Source of the DNA: Candidatus Nanopelagicales bacterium
Lineage (GTDB): Bacteria; Actinomycetota; Actinomycetes; S36-B12
Assembly (NCBI GenBank): GCA_017857705.1
Contig: JAFMCP010000001.1
Location: forward strand, 19,773-83,772
Length of the DNA stretch: 64,000 bases
Direction of reading: 5' to 3'
In this document: in pieces, positions 19,826-30,822 of the stretch
How the letters are laid out: every line of letters starts with the position of its first letter
How positions within the stretch are numbered: position 1 is the first letter of the stretch
Made by a program: the position numbers and the translations under genes
Notes under the pieces: model-generated
Databases searched by the model: none
Told to the model about the DNA's origin: nothing
The model's input: the letters and a program-made list of their open reading frames with translations, nothing else

Positions 19826-20767
19826 TTAATCTCTGGCGGCAAATCTGATTCGGAGGGCTTCACGTCGCTCCTCAAATCGACTGACGTTAACGTCCATATC
19901 AGCCAGCAGTTCCGCCAATTGATCGCGTGCAGCATTTCCTTCTGCGCCGAAATCATTACGCTCGAAGATTTTCCACTTGCGCAAGACGGGCATAATCACT
20001 TCATCGCGGTGTTGCTTTAGGTCGTAAATCCCAGCGACAGCGATTTCCACCGCTTTCCGCTGGAATCCTTCGATACCGTTGCCGGGCATTGCAAAATCCC
20101 TGACGCTGGCCAGAATGGCACTCATGGTTGCATCTGGCTGCAACTCCAGTGCAGAGTCAAGCAGGTTACGATAAAAAATCATGTGCAAATTTTCATCAAG
20201 GGCTATGCGTTGCAGGAGGGCTTCACCAATGGGGTCACCCGTCGCCACACCAGTATTTCGATGTGAAACGCGCGTTGCGAGCTCTTGAAAAGACACATAT
20301 GACAATCCAGCCAAGATACCCGGATGAATTGCTTGGAAACCTTCCTGCATGTGGACCATGCGAGCCCTTTCGAGTTCCACAGGATCTACCGCACGCGTGA
20401 CAACCAAGTAATCGCGAATGGCGGTTCCGTGTCGACCCTCTTCCGCTGTCCAGCGGCCAACCCACTCACCCCATGCTCCATCACGACCGAAGATGGATGC
20501 AATTTCGTGATGGTAACTTGGCAAGTTATCTTCGGTGAGTAGGTTAACAATTAAACTTGTTCGCGCTGCCTCACTGAACCGCCTCTCTTCGGGCGTCCAA
20601 TCTTGCCCGCCGAGATGTGCGAAGTTACGAGCTTCATCCCATGGGATGTAATCATGCGGGAACCACTCTTTGGCGATCGCAATGTGACGATTTAGCTCCC
20701 GTTCAACGATGGGCTCTAATTCATTTAGCAGGTTCAAGGTGGAAACATCGTCGAGCATCGCAGTCAT
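19826..20767 (-). CDS. Acyl-ACP desaturase (soluble di-iron fatty-acid desaturase, DesA-like)
   Basis: 313-aa ORF with di-iron ligand motifs of the EExxH type (WTAEEGRHGTAIRDY; ALDENLHMIFY). Confidence 0.85.
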   Translation of the reverse strand: MTAMLDDVSTLNLLNELEPIVERELNRHIAIAKEWFPHDYIPWDEARNFAHLGGQDWTPEERRFSEAARTSLIVNLLTEDNLPSYHHEIASIFGRDGAWGEWVGRWTAEEGRHGTAIRDYLVVTRAVDPVELERARMVHMQEGFQAIHPGILAGLSYVSFQELATRVSHRNTGVATGDPIGEALLQRIALDENLHMIFYRNLLDSALELQPDATMSAILASVRDFAMPGNGIEGFQRKAVEIAVAGIYDLKQHRDEVIMPVLRKWKIFERNDFGAEGNAARDQLAELLADMDVNVSRFEERREALRIRFAARD

Positions 20768-20768
20768 G

Positions 20769-20838
20769 CCCCTAGTCTGGCATGTCGAGTAAGGGTTCGC
20801 CTGCCAGCCCTAGATTGCAATTGAGTAAGTGTTCGTGC
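20769..20838. repeat. Imperfect ~36-38-bp direct repeat in the desaturase divergent promoter region
   Basis: Unit A is cccctagtctggcatgtcgagtaagggttcgc (20769..20800). Unit B is gccctagattgcaattgagtaagtgttcgtgc (20807..20838). They share the blocks CCCTAG and GAGTAAG-GTTCG (12 of 13) in the same order. Confidence 0.6.
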
Positions 20839-21321
20839 GACTTTTCGGGGTACATTGATTCTATGTCGAACCCTGCATACGAAACCGACCCAGACCGAGT
20901 AATGCGCGCCACAAACGGTGTTGCAGGTGAGCCAGGTGACATCGCTGATGCGGCAGACCGACTCACAATGATTATGGAGGCTGAAGCAATTCGCAATTCG
21001 CTCATTGGAGACACGGGGGAATACGGGGGTGAGGGCTCATTAGACGGATTGAACTACCCGCTCGAAGACACCGAGTATCTCTTGGCAAGTGAGGATGGCG
21101 TGGACTCAAGTGATGATCCAATGCATGCAGGCGGAATGACCGCGAGGCCAATTGTAAGTGTTGAGGTTGCCGCCATGCACTTTATCGACACTGACGAATA
21201 CGTGGATGACGAAACCGATCAAGATAAAGAAAATCCACAGTTTGACCAATTCGAGGAAGTGGCTAAATCAACCACCCCTGAAGACGAAACCCTTTTAGGG
21301 ATTGATCCTTACGATTACTAG
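20782..21321 (+). CDS. Highly acidic hypothetical protein
   Basis: 179-aa ORF with a D/E-rich low-complexity C-terminal half. The ATG at 20863 (MSNPAYETD) is an equally plausible start and would leave the repeat region non-coding. Confidence 0.5.
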   Translation: MSSKGSPASPRLQLSKCSCDFSGYIDSMSNPAYETDPDRVMRATNGVAGEPGDIADAADRLTMIMEAEAIRNSLIGDTGEYGGEGSLDGLNYPLEDTEYLLASEDGVDSSDDPMHAGGMTARPIVSVEVAAMHFIDTDEYVDDETDQDKENPQFDQFEEVAKSTTPEDETLLGIDPYDY

Positions 21322-21322
21322 G

Positions 21323-21607
21323 TCATTTTCCACTTTCCAGTTGGGGTTTTCGTAACTTGCGCGCAGTACCGCGAACTACTCCCCCAAGCAACATTCCCAA
21401 TAGGAATGAAACAGTCACAATTATCCAAACAAAGATTTCAAAATCCATGCCAAGGAAACTCACTTTCGCGGTGTTCAAATTTTGAACTGCAAAGAGGGCA
21501 AGGAAAAAGCCGATGATGATGAGCACTATTCCACGCCAAGTTATGCGCATACCTTTTTTCGGTTCCGATGTTCCAAAAGCATTCGTCATGGGTTCCTCAA
21601 CTTTCAT
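21323..21607 (-). CDS. LapA-domain (DUF1049) small membrane protein
   Basis: 94-aa ORF with two TM helices and a basic C-terminal tail, the pattern of LapA/DUF1049-domain proteins. Confidence 0.6.
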   Translation of the reverse strand: MKVEEPMTNAFGTSEPKKGMRITWRGIVLIIIGFFLALFAVQNLNTAKVSFLGMDFEIFVWIIVTVSFLLGMLLGGVVRGTARKLRKPQLESGK

Positions 21608-21736
21608 TTCTTAGATGAATAATTCAATCAACCGTTTTGCAGATATTTGCCATAGCGAGAAGCCAGTGCAAATACACACTCCATCAATTTAACCTCATTC
21701 AAACCAAAATTGGGGTGTTGCTGATATGAATAGCGC

Positions 21737-22531
21737 ATGACTCCCTCTCCTGCTACGCAATTTGTCACTTATGCCGTGGATGCTCACATCGCCACAATTA
21801 CATTTAACCGTCCTGACCGACTAAATGCCCTACTCCCCGACATGATCCACACGTATTCTGACCTTCTTGATTTCGCAGACTCTGATCCTGACGTTCGGGC
21901 CATTGTTGTTACCGGAGCCGGTCGTGGGTTTTGCTCCGGAGCTGATTTGAGTATCTTGGGCGAAGACCCGCAACTTGTTCAAGGCTTCCTGCAGGGGCAA
22001 AGCCACAAAACTGTTCCAGGAAAATACCTCCACCTGTCGACCCCCGTAATCACCGCCATAAATGGCCCAGCAGCGGGATTAGGCTTTGTGATCGCGATGA
22101 GTGCTGATTTCCGCTTCGCCAAATCTGACGCCAAACTTAGTTCCACATTTTCGCGTCTGGGACTCATCGCTGAGTACGGAATTGCCTGGTTGCTCCCTCG
22201 ATTGGTGGGGCTGGCTCGGGCAACAGATATCTTGATTACGGGTCGAACATTCACAGGAACAGACGCGCTGGAGTACGGGCTTGTAATTGCAGCAAGTGAT
22301 GATCCTTTAGCAGATGCCTATGCCTGCGCAAATGACCTAATTACCAATTGTTCACCAGCCTCAATGGCCGTTATTAAGGCCCAGTTGGTCCGGGCTTTGA
22401 ATTCGGATTTCAATAACAGCGCGGACGATGCCTTTATCGAGATGGCACATGCATTTGGCCGTGAAGATTTAGCAGCTGCACTCCTGGGAAAGATCAATAA
22501 AGTGACACCCCAGTTTCCTGCTAATAAATGA
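21737..22531 (+). CDS. Enoyl-CoA hydratase/isomerase (crotonase) family protein
   Basis: 264-aa ORF with crotonase motifs (VVTGAGRGFCSGADL, INGPAAGLG). Confidence 0.85.
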   Translation: MTPSPATQFVTYAVDAHIATITFNRPDRLNALLPDMIHTYSDLLDFADSDPDVRAIVVTGAGRGFCSGADLSILGEDPQLVQGFLQGQSHKTVPGKYLHLSTPVITAINGPAAGLGFVIAMSADFRFAKSDAKLSSTFSRLGLIAEYGIAWLLPRLVGLARATDILITGRTFTGTDALEYGLVIAASDDPLADAYACANDLITNCSPASMAVIKAQLVRALNSDFNNSADDAFIEMAHAFGREDLAAALLGKINKVTPQFPANK

Positions 22532-22538
22532 TGTTGAT

Positions 22539-23093
22539 CTAAGGCAGCAACCCGCAATGGGCTAATGCCATTCGGACCAATCGTCCTTGACCACCCACCA
22601 TTTCCAATTCAAACTCCGGGCTGGTTGCGGCATCCGGGGTCACCCAAATCAGATCAAGTGAATCCTGCGATGGCGCGCAATCACCTTCAATAGGAACTAT
22701 GTAGGCCAGTGAAATTGCGTGCTGACGTGGATCATGGAAACCGGTCACGCTTTCGTCCGGGAAATACTCGACAACGGTGAAAGGTTGCGGTGAGGCAGGC
22801 AATTTCGGAAAGGCCATCGGCCCTAAATCTTTCTCCAGATGTCTCATGATTGCGTCGCGCACTCGCTCCCGGTACAAAACGCGCCCTGAAACGACCGCTC
22901 GACTAATGGTGCCGTCGGGTAAAACGCGAAGAAGCAAACCCACCTCGGTCACTTCACCGTTGGCGTCAACCCGCACAGGGATCGCATCAATGTAGACAAT
23001 TGGCAGATTGGCCCTGGCGTTATCCAGATCGTTAGTTGACAGCCATGCACCGGAGTTTTCCAGAAGTTCCATCACGGGGTCATCTTCACACAT
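22539..23093 (-). CDS. DUF4916 (NUDIX-fold-like) domain protein
   Basis: The conserved region starts near MELLENSGAWL...LPIVYIDAIPVRVD. The first ~36 codons of the track ORF overlap the msrB start and look spurious. The start is either 23093 or 23072. Confidence 0.5.
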   Translation of the reverse strand: MCEDDPVMELLENSGAWLSTNDLDNARANLPIVYIDAIPVRVDANGEVTEVGLLLRVLPDGTISRAVVSGRVLYRERVRDAIMRHLEKDLGPMAFPKLPASPQPFTVVEYFPDESVTGFHDPRQHAISLAYIVPIEGDCAPSQDSLDLIWVTPDAATSPEFELEMVGGQGRLVRMALAHCGLLP

Positions 23094-23149
23094 AAATTTG
23101 CACGGAGCACGGATGAGCGCGAAAATCCCTTGAGAGTTACCCTTGGAAC

Positions 23150-23599
23150 ATGGGTTCTTCAACACCGGCTCGAGACGGCGCACAACGACCTGATGGAACA
23201 CCTTATGAAACTGTTCTGTCCGAGGATGAATGGCGGGAGCGCTTAAGTCCGGAGGAGTATCGCGTTTTGCGTGAAGCGGGGACTGAACCCGCTTATCAAG
23301 GTGAGTTCACCAACGAGAAACGAGCGGGTTCATACTCGTGTCGCGCCTGTGGCGCTGAACTGTTCACCAGCGAGACCAAGTTCGACTCACACTGCGGGTG
23401 GCCCAGTTTCTATGAACCCTTGGCAAAAGACTCCGTTGTCTACCTTGAGGACAGGAGCATGGGTGCCATTCGCACGGAAGTTCGCTGCGCCGCGTGCGGC
23501 GGCCACCTAGGGCATGTATTCGAGGGAGAAGGCTTTGGGACCCCCACGGATCAGCGCTACTGCATAAACTCGATATCGGTGAATTTCGAGTCCCCCTAG
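23150..23599 (+). CDS. msrB: Peptide-methionine (R)-S-oxide reductase
   Basis: 149-aa ORF with two CxxC zinc motifs (CRACGAELF, CAACGGHLGHVF) and the catalytic region HCGWPSF. Confidence 0.93.
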   Translation: MGSSTPARDGAQRPDGTPYETVLSEDEWRERLSPEEYRVLREAGTEPAYQGEFTNEKRAGSYSCRACGAELFTSETKFDSHCGWPSFYEPLAKDSVVYLEDRSMGAIRTEVRCAACGGHLGHVFEGEGFGTPTDQRYCINSISVNFESP

Positions 23600-23646
23600 C
23601 GGCGCGCCAGTCCCAGCAATCCCACCCGTCTCATTAGTCTTAAGCG

Positions 23647-24234
23647 ATGCGAACCGTAACTCCTGCAGCTGATCAGTTTGCGCTGACCATTGAGCAGATC
23701 AGCTCTGCCCTCGTTCGCCCAGACATCACTTTGACCCAGGTTCCAGCACCGAGCCGACTAGCACCCTTTGCTTTGGCCATGACGGCTGAACCGACAGATG
23801 TCGACAGTGACGCCTTCTCCGGCAGATTTGTCCTGCTTCACGACCCAGATGGTGTTGATGAATGGAATGGCACATTTCGGGCGGTTATTTTTGCTCGAGC
23901 TCAGCTTGAATCGGACTTATTAAACGATGACCTCGTCCGCGAGGTTGCATGGAGTTGGATCCTTGAGAGCACCGGTGGCCTGCAAATCACCGAACTAGGT
24001 GGCACGGTCACTTCCAATTTTGGTCAGTCCTTTGGAACTTTATCGGATCGCCCAGCTGATGGTTTTGTTGAAGTTCGGTCGTCATGGACCCCGATTGAAG
24101 ATGAATCCGGTGCCCCCGTAGACAACTTAGGCACCCATCTATCGGCGTGGATTGACGTATTGTGTTTCGCAGGTGGGTTAGTGCCATTACCTGAAGGCGT
24201 TGCCCATGTTGCACACGCGCGACGCCGCGGCTAA
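23647..24234 (+). CDS. DUF3000 domain-containing protein
   Basis: 195-aa ORF located directly upstream of the RNase D-like gene, as I recall for mycobacteria. Family recognition is by overall pattern only. Confidence 0.6.
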   Translation: MRTVTPAADQFALTIEQISSALVRPDITLTQVPAPSRLAPFALAMTAEPTDVDSDAFSGRFVLLHDPDGVDEWNGTFRAVIFARAQLESDLLNDDLVREVAWSWILESTGGLQITELGGTVTSNFGQSFGTLSDRPADGFVEVRSSWTPIEDESGAPVDNLGTHLSAWIDVLCFAGGLVPLPEGVAHVAHARRRG

Positions 24235-25531
24235 CGTGACGAATGTGGAAGACGTGAAAGACGTGGAGAATTTGGAGGGTTCTGAAAGTTCAGTTTCAGA
24301 GGCCCAGCCAGAGGCTGAAGTCAAAATCCCCCATGAAACGCGCGAGCCTGTCCCTGAATTAATTACCACGCAAGCTGCCCTTGTTGAATACGCTCAGGCT
24401 CTTGCAGGCGGATACGGGCCACTTGCACTCGACGCTGAGCGTGCTTCTGGGTACACATATTCACAAAAGGCATATTTAATTCAAATCCGAAGGAACGGCT
24501 CTGGCACCGCACTCATTGACCCAATTGCCTGCCCAGATTTAAGCCCAATTGCCGAGTCAACCATTGGTGTTGAATGGATCTTGCATGCCGCAACCCAAGA
24601 TCTTGAATGCCTGCGTGAGGTTGGGTTAACGCCAAGCGCACTTTTTGATACAGAGCTCGCCGGTCGAATACTTGGTCGTGAGCGTGTTGGGCTGGGTCCC
24701 CTGATGGAAAACGAACTCGGGGTTTACCTTGAAAAAGGTCACGGTGCTGCAGATTGGTCCCAACGACCATTTTCGACCGCAATGTTGAGATACGCCGCGC
24801 TAGATGTGGAATTACTCATCGAACTGCGCGATGCACTGGCAGCAAGTCTGGATGAAAGTGGCAAACGTGAGTACGCACAGCAAGAATTTGATGCTTTACT
24901 GTCGTGGCGGCCCCGCGAACACAAGGGAGAAGCATGGCGACGCACTTCTGGGGTCCACGGAGCGAAAACCCCGCTGGCCCGCGGTATCGTGCGTGAACTA
25001 TGGCTTACTCGCGATGACATTGCCCGTCGGCGCGACATCGCACCGGGCCGGATTTTGCCTGATCGTGCGATTTTAGCCGCTGCTCTGGCTAAACCCGCGG
25101 ATCAATTGCTCAAGGTTCAAGGCTTTAACGGCCGCGGCGCGGGGCGCTATGAAAAACAATGGGTTGCTGCCGTACAACGGGCTCGAGGACTACCTGAGTC
25201 CGAACTCCCCAAGCCCCCGCTGAGAAGTGATGGTCCGCCGCCACCCAAAGCCTGGGCGGACAAGAACCCAGGTGCTCATGCTCGACTTGAATTCACACGA
25301 CTTGAATTGACGCGCATTTCCAAGGAGTTGAATATTCCCACGGAGAACCTGATGCAGCCCGATCTAGTCCGACGGGCCTGTTGGAATGAACCCGTCGATG
25401 ATCCGCAGTTCTACCGCGATTTGTTGACCGAGGGCGGTGCTCGAGCATGGCAGTGCGAGCTCGTCCTGCCCGTTTTACTCGCAGCCCGATCACGACGACC
25501 CGACCAAATGACCTTCGAAGATGTAATTTGA
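24200..25531 (+). CDS. rnd: Ribonuclease D-like 3'-5' exonuclease with HRDC domain
   Basis: 443-aa ORF with DEDD exonuclease motifs (LALDAERASGY, HAATQDLECL, YAALDVELL) followed by an HRDC-like region. Confidence 0.8.
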   Translation: MPMLHTRDAAANVTNVEDVKDVENLEGSESSVSEAQPEAEVKIPHETREPVPELITTQAALVEYAQALAGGYGPLALDAERASGYTYSQKAYLIQIRRNGSGTALIDPIACPDLSPIAESTIGVEWILHAATQDLECLREVGLTPSALFDTELAGRILGRERVGLGPLMENELGVYLEKGHGAADWSQRPFSTAMLRYAALDVELLIELRDALAASLDESGKREYAQQEFDALLSWRPREHKGEAWRRTSGVHGAKTPLARGIVRELWLTRDDIARRRDIAPGRILPDRAILAAALAKPADQLLKVQGFNGRGAGRYEKQWVAAVQRARGLPESELPKPPLRSDGPPPPKAWADKNPGAHARLEFTRLELTRISKELNIPTENLMQPDLVRRACWNEPVDDPQFYRDLLTEGGARAWQCELVLPVLLAARSRRPDQMTFEDVI

Positions 25532-25637
25532 TTATTCCCCGCCACATTTTCTACGGGAACTCCGTGAAGGCAAATACAGAAGTACGTGCTGAAATAAGTT
25601 ACTTGCGGGTAACATAGGAATCTCACAAGGAGGATCT

Positions 25638-26828
25638 ATGACTGAACGTGCCAGTGTTGTTTTCGTTGACGGAGCCCGAACCCCATTTGCTCGAGCAGGG
25701 AGCCTTTACGCTCAGACCCGAGCCGATGACTTGATTGTGAAGGTAATGCGGGAATTACTTCGACGAAATCCCACCCTGCCACCCGAGAAAATTGACGACG
25801 TTGCAATTGCGGCCGCCAGCCAAACAGGTGACCAAGGAATGAATATTGGGCGCTCTGCGTCCCTCTTAGCGGGTCTGCCCAACACTGTTCCGGGCTACTC
25901 GGTCGACCGTTGGTGTGCTGGCGCAATGACCGCGGTTACGACCCTGTCAAGTGCGATCATGGCGGGTGCTTATGACCTTGCGCTGGCAGGTGGAGTTGAA
26001 CACATGACACATCACCCCATGGGTGAAGGAATGGATCCCAATCCTCGTTACCTGTCAGAACGAATCGTTGACCCAGAAGCCATGGCCATGGGCATGACAG
26101 CAGAGAACCTGCATGACCGTTTTCCACACTTGACCAAGGAACGTGCCGACGCTTTCGCACTTGGCTCACAGGAGAAGACAGCCAAGGCATATGCCAATGG
26201 TTTAATCCAGCCTGATTTGGTTCCGGTGGTCGCACGCAGCACTGAACTGGGCAGTGTCCTAGTCAGTGAGGATGAATCTCCCAGACCAGGCACAACCCTC
26301 GAAGGTTTGGCAAATTTGAAGACACCCTTCCGGCCACATGGTCGCGTGAGTGCGGGTAATGCCTCGGGTCTCTCGGACGGAGCAACAGCAGCCCTGTTGG
26401 CGAACGAGGAAGTTGCCGACCAATTGGGACTCTCGAAGAAAATGCGCATGGTTGGCTTCGCGTTCGCCGGCGTTGAACCCGAAGTAATGGGAGTCGGTCC
26501 AGTTCCCAGTACCGAAAAAGCATTGGCTCGGACGGGTCTCACAATCGCCGACATTGATTTATTTGAAGTCAATGAAGCTTTCGCGATTCAGGTATTGGCG
26601 TTCCTTGACCATTTTGGAATTGATGACCACGACCCACGAGTGAACCCCATGGGTGGTGCAATCGCTGTTGGACACCCGTTGGCATCCAGCGGTATTCGAT
26701 TGATGAATAACCTAGCCATGGATTTCACAATGAATCCGAATGCAAAATATGGAATCACCACAATGTGTATTGGCTTGGGCATGGGTGGAACAGTCATTTG
26801 GGAAAATCTTTCAGGGAGTAAGGCATGA
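25638..26828 (+). CDS. fadA: Acetyl-CoA C-acyltransferase (thiolase)
   Basis: 396-aa ORF with the thiolase active-site contexts VDRWCAGAM, NEAFA and GGAIAVGHPLASSG...MCIGLGMG. A GGAGG Shine-Dalgarno sequence lies upstream. Confidence 0.92.
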   Translation: MTERASVVFVDGARTPFARAGSLYAQTRADDLIVKVMRELLRRNPTLPPEKIDDVAIAAASQTGDQGMNIGRSASLLAGLPNTVPGYSVDRWCAGAMTAVTTLSSAIMAGAYDLALAGGVEHMTHHPMGEGMDPNPRYLSERIVDPEAMAMGMTAENLHDRFPHLTKERADAFALGSQEKTAKAYANGLIQPDLVPVVARSTELGSVLVSEDESPRPGTTLEGLANLKTPFRPHGRVSAGNASGLSDGATAALLANEEVADQLGLSKKMRMVGFAFAGVEPEVMGVGPVPSTEKALARTGLTIADIDLFEVNEAFAIQVLAFLDHFGIDDHDPRVNPMGGAIAVGHPLASSGIRLMNNLAMDFTMNPNAKYGITTMCIGLGMGGTVIWENLSGSKA

Positions 26829-28921
26829 GCGAATCACAAGGACCAACTTCAGTAGTTAATCCCGAGGAAATCGTCACCGAATCACGAGTTCGGTATTTCG
26901 ATATGCCACTTGGTGCTGGCACGATGGCACTGATCACGCTGGATAATGGCAAAGACCACACTCGCCCATCAACTTTCGGCCCGGGCGGACTCGTATCGCT
27001 CAACAGAGCGTTAGACGAAATCGCGGCACGTGCTGACGTAGCCGCAGTCGGCATCACAGGAAAGCCATTCGTGTTCGCTGTAGGTGCGGACCTCTCTGCC
27101 ATGAGCCTGGTCAATGACCCGAAGATCATCGCGTCTTTTGGAAAATTAGGGCATGATGTAATGCGACGTTTCGGTGAGTTTTCGGTACCCACGTTTGCGT
27201 TTGTTAATGGTGCTGCCATGGGTGGTGGACTGGAACTTGCATTGCATTGCAACTACCGAACTGTTTCATCCGATGCCGCGGCATTGTCACTTCCGGAAGT
27301 CTTCCTCGGCTTAATTCCTGGCTGGGGTGGTGCTTGGTTGCTACCGAATCTGGTTGGACCAAAAAATGCTCTCGAAATAATAATCAACAACTCAATGAGT
27401 CAGAACAAGCAAATGAAGCCCAAACAATCAGTTGATCTCGGCGTTATGGACGTCATGTTTGAGCCCGCTGACTTTCTCGAGCAGTCAATCCTTTGGGCAT
27501 CAAAGGTACTCACGAACTCGATCACAGTCGAGCGACCACCAATTGACCGAGAAAACTGGGATGAAGTCGTTGATGCGGTGCGCGCATCTGTTGACTCCCG
27601 CATCCACGGGGCAACCCGCGCGCCATACATGGCCCTTGATCTTGTTGCTGCGGCAAAAACGGCCACTCGCAGCGAGGGGTTTGACGCTGAAGATCAAGCC
27701 TTGACCGACCTCGTCATGTCAGATCCACTACGGGCATCGCTGTATGCATTTGATTTGGTTCAAAAGCGTGCCAAGCGCCCTGTCGGAGTTCCCGACAAGT
27801 CCCTCGCACTTCCCGTGAAAAAAGTCGGAATCGTTGGCGCAGGACTTATGGCGAGTCAGCTTGCATTGCTCTTCACTCGTAATCTCATGGTTCCTGTAGT
27901 GATGACCGATCTCGATCAGGAACGAGTGGACAAAGGTGTCGGGTATGTCCACGCAGAGTTGGACAAATTGCTCGGCAAGGGTCGGCTCTCCCCCGATAAA
28001 TGCAACCGGCTTAAAGCTTTAATCACAGGCACCACGGACAAACGCTCGTTTGCTGATGCAGACTTTGTCATTGAGGCGGTCTTTGAGGAATTGGGTATTA
28101 AGAAAACGGTATTTGCACAACTGGAAGAAGTGGTGCGACCGGACTGTATTTTGGCAACGAACACCTCTTCACTCTCTGTCACCGAGATGGCATCGGAATT
28201 ACAACACCCAGAGAGAGTTGTTGGATTCCATTTCTTTAATCCGGTTGCACTCATGCCTCTTCTCGAAATTGCACGTGCTGGCAAAACAAATGACGCCACG
28301 TTGGCGACCGCGTTCGCTGTAGGTAAAGGTCTCAAAAAGTCATGTGTCTTAGTGGCGGATCGACCTGCATTTGTTGTCAACCGTCTACTCAATCGCTTCC
28401 TCGGCGAAATCATTGCTTGCGTGGATGAGGGGGCAAGTTTTGCTGACGCTGATGCGGCCGTTCATGAGATGGGGTTACCCATGGAACCATTTGTTCTTGT
28501 ACAAATGGTAGGTCCAGCAGTTGCCCAACACGTGGCCGAAACCCTCACCGGGCACTTTCCCGATCGATTCCACGCCTCGGAAAAAATGGGTGAACTGGTT
28601 GCCGCAGGCTTGCCCGGAGTCTGGTTGTGGGATGAAACTGGCAACAAGTCGGTAGACCCACGAGTTTTGGAAATCTTTGGCGATGCACCCAGCACCATGA
28701 CCCCGGGGCAGATCAGGGATAGAGCACTGAGGGCCCTAGCTCAGGAAGCCCGAATCATGCTCGATGAAGGAGTGGTAGCCGAGGCTGCTGACCTAGATTT
28801 GTGCATGATTCTTGGGGCCGGTTGGCCTTTCTGGCTCGGTGGGATCACCCCATACCTTGACCGCGAAGGTTACAGTGCACCTCGATTTTTAGCCCAAGGC
28901 GTTGCTAGCGTTCCTGTGTAA
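26825..28921 (+). CDS. fadB: Bifunctional enoyl-CoA hydratase / 3-hydroxyacyl-CoA dehydrogenase
   Basis: 698-aa ORF with an N-terminal crotonase domain, then the NAD-binding motif [12 protein letters not shown] and 3HCDH domains. A 4-nt overlap with fadA indicates an operon. Confidence 0.92.
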   Translation: MSESQGPTSVVNPEEIVTESRVRYFDMPLGAGTMALITLDNGKDHTRPSTFGPGGLVSLNRALDEIAARADVAAVGITGKPFVFAVGADLSAMSLVNDPKIIASFGKLGHDVMRRFGEFSVPTFAFVNGAAMGGGLELALHCNYRTVSSDAAALSLPEVFLGLIPGWGGAWLLPNLVGPKNALEIIINNSMSQNKQMKPKQSVDLGVMDVMFEPADFLEQSILWASKVLTNSITVERPPIDRENWDEVVDAVRASVDSRIHGATRAPYMALDLVAAAKTATRSEGFDAEDQALTDLVMSDPLRASLYAFDLVQKRAKRPVGVPDKSLALPVKKVGIVGAGLMASQLALLFTRNLMVPVVMTDLDQERVDKGVGYVHAELDKLLGKGRLSPDKCNRLKALITGTTDKRSFADADFVIEAVFEELGIKKTVFAQLEEVVRPDCILATNTSSLSVTEMASELQHPERVVGFHFFNPVALMPLLEIARAGKTNDATLATAFAVGKGLKKSCVLVADRPAFVVNRLLNRFLGEIIACVDEGASFADADAAVHEMGLPMEPFVLVQMVGPAVAQHVAETLTGHFPDRFHASEKMGELVAAGLPGVWLWDETGNKSVDPRVLEIFGDAPSTMTPGQIRDRALRALAQEARIMLDEGVVAEAADLDLCMILGAGWPFWLGGITPYLDREGYSAPRFLAQGVASVPV

Positions 28922-30818
28922 TCGAATCGTCGACAATTTCTCCCGGCTCATTACTGGCCATCCACTCGGTTATTGACCGCGTAATGGCCTGAGCCGTGAG
29001 TCCAAATTCGGCGAGAATCGAGTCTCGCTTGGCGTGATCCAAGAAGGCAAGTGGGGAACCAAAGTTTCGCAGGGGAACGTCCACGTCTGAATCTCGCAAG
29101 GCCTGACTTAACGCAGCACCTACGCCACCGGCCCTAATGCCATCCTCGATCACCACAACCAGAGTCGCTTTTGCCGACTGCTCTAGTACATATTGCGGTA
29201 TCGGCTTCACCCAACGTGGATCCAGTACCTGGGCCCCAATACCTTGAGCCTTTAATCCTTCGCACACGTCTATCCCGAGTTGTGCGAAGGAACCGATAGC
29301 GACAATACAGACTTCAGGATTTGCGTGACGCGCAAGAATATCCACGCAGCCCTCCCGGGCCAACGCAGGAATATCCTGAGGGACTGCGCCCTTAGAAAAT
29401 CGAACTACTGAGGGTGCATCGTTGATATCAACTGCCTCACGGAGAGCTTGCTTGAGAGTTGATTCATCACGAGGTGCTGCGATCTGCAGCCCTGGCACTA
29501 TCTGCAGCATAGACATATCCCAGACGCCATTGTGGCTAGCTCCGTCGTCACCGGTAATACCAGCACGGTCCAGGACAAAAGTCACCCCAGCCTTGTGAAG
29601 TGCACAATCCATGAGCACTTGGTCAAAAGCCCGATTCAAAAATGTGGCATAAAGTGCTACAACTGGGTGCATTCCACCATAGGCCAAACCTGCAGCACTC
29701 GTGGCAGCATGTTGCTCGGCAATACCCACGTCGAAAATACGAGTTGGAAACTCCTGAGCAAACTGATCCAGCCCCGTGGGGCCCAACATCGCCGCGGTGA
29801 TGGCGACAACGTCAGGACGAACTCGACCAATGGACACCAGTTCATCGGAAAATGCCTTGGTCCAACTTCGCCCAGCCGCAGAAATTGGCAGTCCAGTCTC
29901 AGGATCGATCACACCGACACCGTGAAAACGGTCCGCTTCGTCAGCTTCTGCGGGCGCGTAACCCTGCCCTTTGTGCGTAATCACATGGACAATCACAGGT
30001 GCTTCGAAATCGCGAGCCCTGCTTAAAGCGAACTCAACCTCGGCTTCATCGTGACCATTAACTGGACCGACATACTTCAGGCCAAGATCCTCAAACATTC
30101 CTTGTGGCGCAACTACATCCTTCACACCTTTTTTCATACCGTGCAACGCATCGAAAACAGGGGGGCCAACAACCGGGGTACGCAGAAGCACTCGCTTGCC
30201 CCAACCCATCACCTTTTCGTAGTTCGGTGCTGTCCGCAGACTATTCAGGTGATGGGCCAGGCCACCGATAGTTGGTGAATACGATCTCGCATTGTCATTG
30301 ACCACAATGACGACAGGCCTTTCCCCCGTAGCAATATTATTGAGAGCCTCCCAAGCCATGCCACCGGTTAGGGCCCCGTCGCCGATAACCGCAACGACAT
30401 GCTGCTCCCCTAAGAGTCCGCGCTGTTGCCAAGCTTTAGCAAGTCCATCTGCATAGGACAGGGCTGTAGAAGCATGTGAATTTTCGACAATGTCATGAGG
30501 GCTCTCACTACGGCTGGGGTAACCACTAATGCCGTCTTCCTGGCGAAGCGAATCAAAATCTGCAGCGCGCCCCGTAAGGATCTTATGCACATAGGCCTGA
30601 TGACCTGTATCCCAGATTATGGCATCTTCCGGTGATCGAAAAACTCGATGAAGCGCGATGCTGAGTTCAACAACGCCTAGATTCGGTCCTAGGTGGCCAC
30701 CCGTAGCAGAGACCTTCTCGACCAAAAAAGCGCGAATCTCCCTCGCTAGCTCGGGAAGTTTTTCGGCAGGGAGCGCACGAACGTCTCGGGGATCGCGGAT
30801 AGCCTCCAAATAACGCAC
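28905..30818 (-). CDS. dxs: 1-deoxy-D-xylulose-5-phosphate synthase
   Basis: 637-aa ORF with the Dxs signatures [18 protein letters not shown] and the TPP-binding motif [16 protein letters not shown]. Confidence 0.95.
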   Translation of the reverse strand: MRYLEAIRDPRDVRALPAEKLPELAREIRAFLVEKVSATGGHLGPNLGVVELSIALHRVFRSPEDAIIWDTGHQAYVHKILTGRAADFDSLRQEDGISGYPSRSESPHDIVENSHASTALSYADGLAKAWQQRGLLGEQHVVAVIGDGALTGGMAWEALNNIATGERPVVIVVNDNARSYSPTIGGLAHHLNSLRTAPNYEKVMGWGKRVLLRTPVVGPPVFDALHGMKKGVKDVVAPQGMFEDLGLKYVGPVNGHDEAEVEFALSRARDFEAPVIVHVITHKGQGYAPAEADEADRFHGVGVIDPETGLPISAAGRSWTKAFSDELVSIGRVRPDVVAITAAMLGPTGLDQFAQEFPTRIFDVGIAEQHAATSAAGLAYGGMHPVVALYATFLNRAFDQVLMDCALHKAGVTFVLDRAGITGDDGASHNGVWDMSMLQIVPGLQIAAPRDESTLKQALREAVDINDAPSVVRFSKGAVPQDIPALAREGCVDILARHANPEVCIVAIGSFAQLGIDVCEGLKAQGIGAQVLDPRWVKPIPQYVLEQSAKATLVVVIEDGIRAGGVGAALSQALRDSDVDVPLRNFGSPLAFLDHAKRDSILAEFGLTAQAITRSITEWMASNEPGEIVDDSITQER

Positions 30819-30822
30819 CTAC

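Noticed and set aside
25598-25613. The inverted repeat GTTAC-N6-GTAAC upstream of fadA, considered as a FadR or TetR-type operator.
   Set aside because: The arms are only 5 bp, which is likely to occur by chance in a 100-nt AT-richer spacer. There is no second copy and no adjacent regulator gene.
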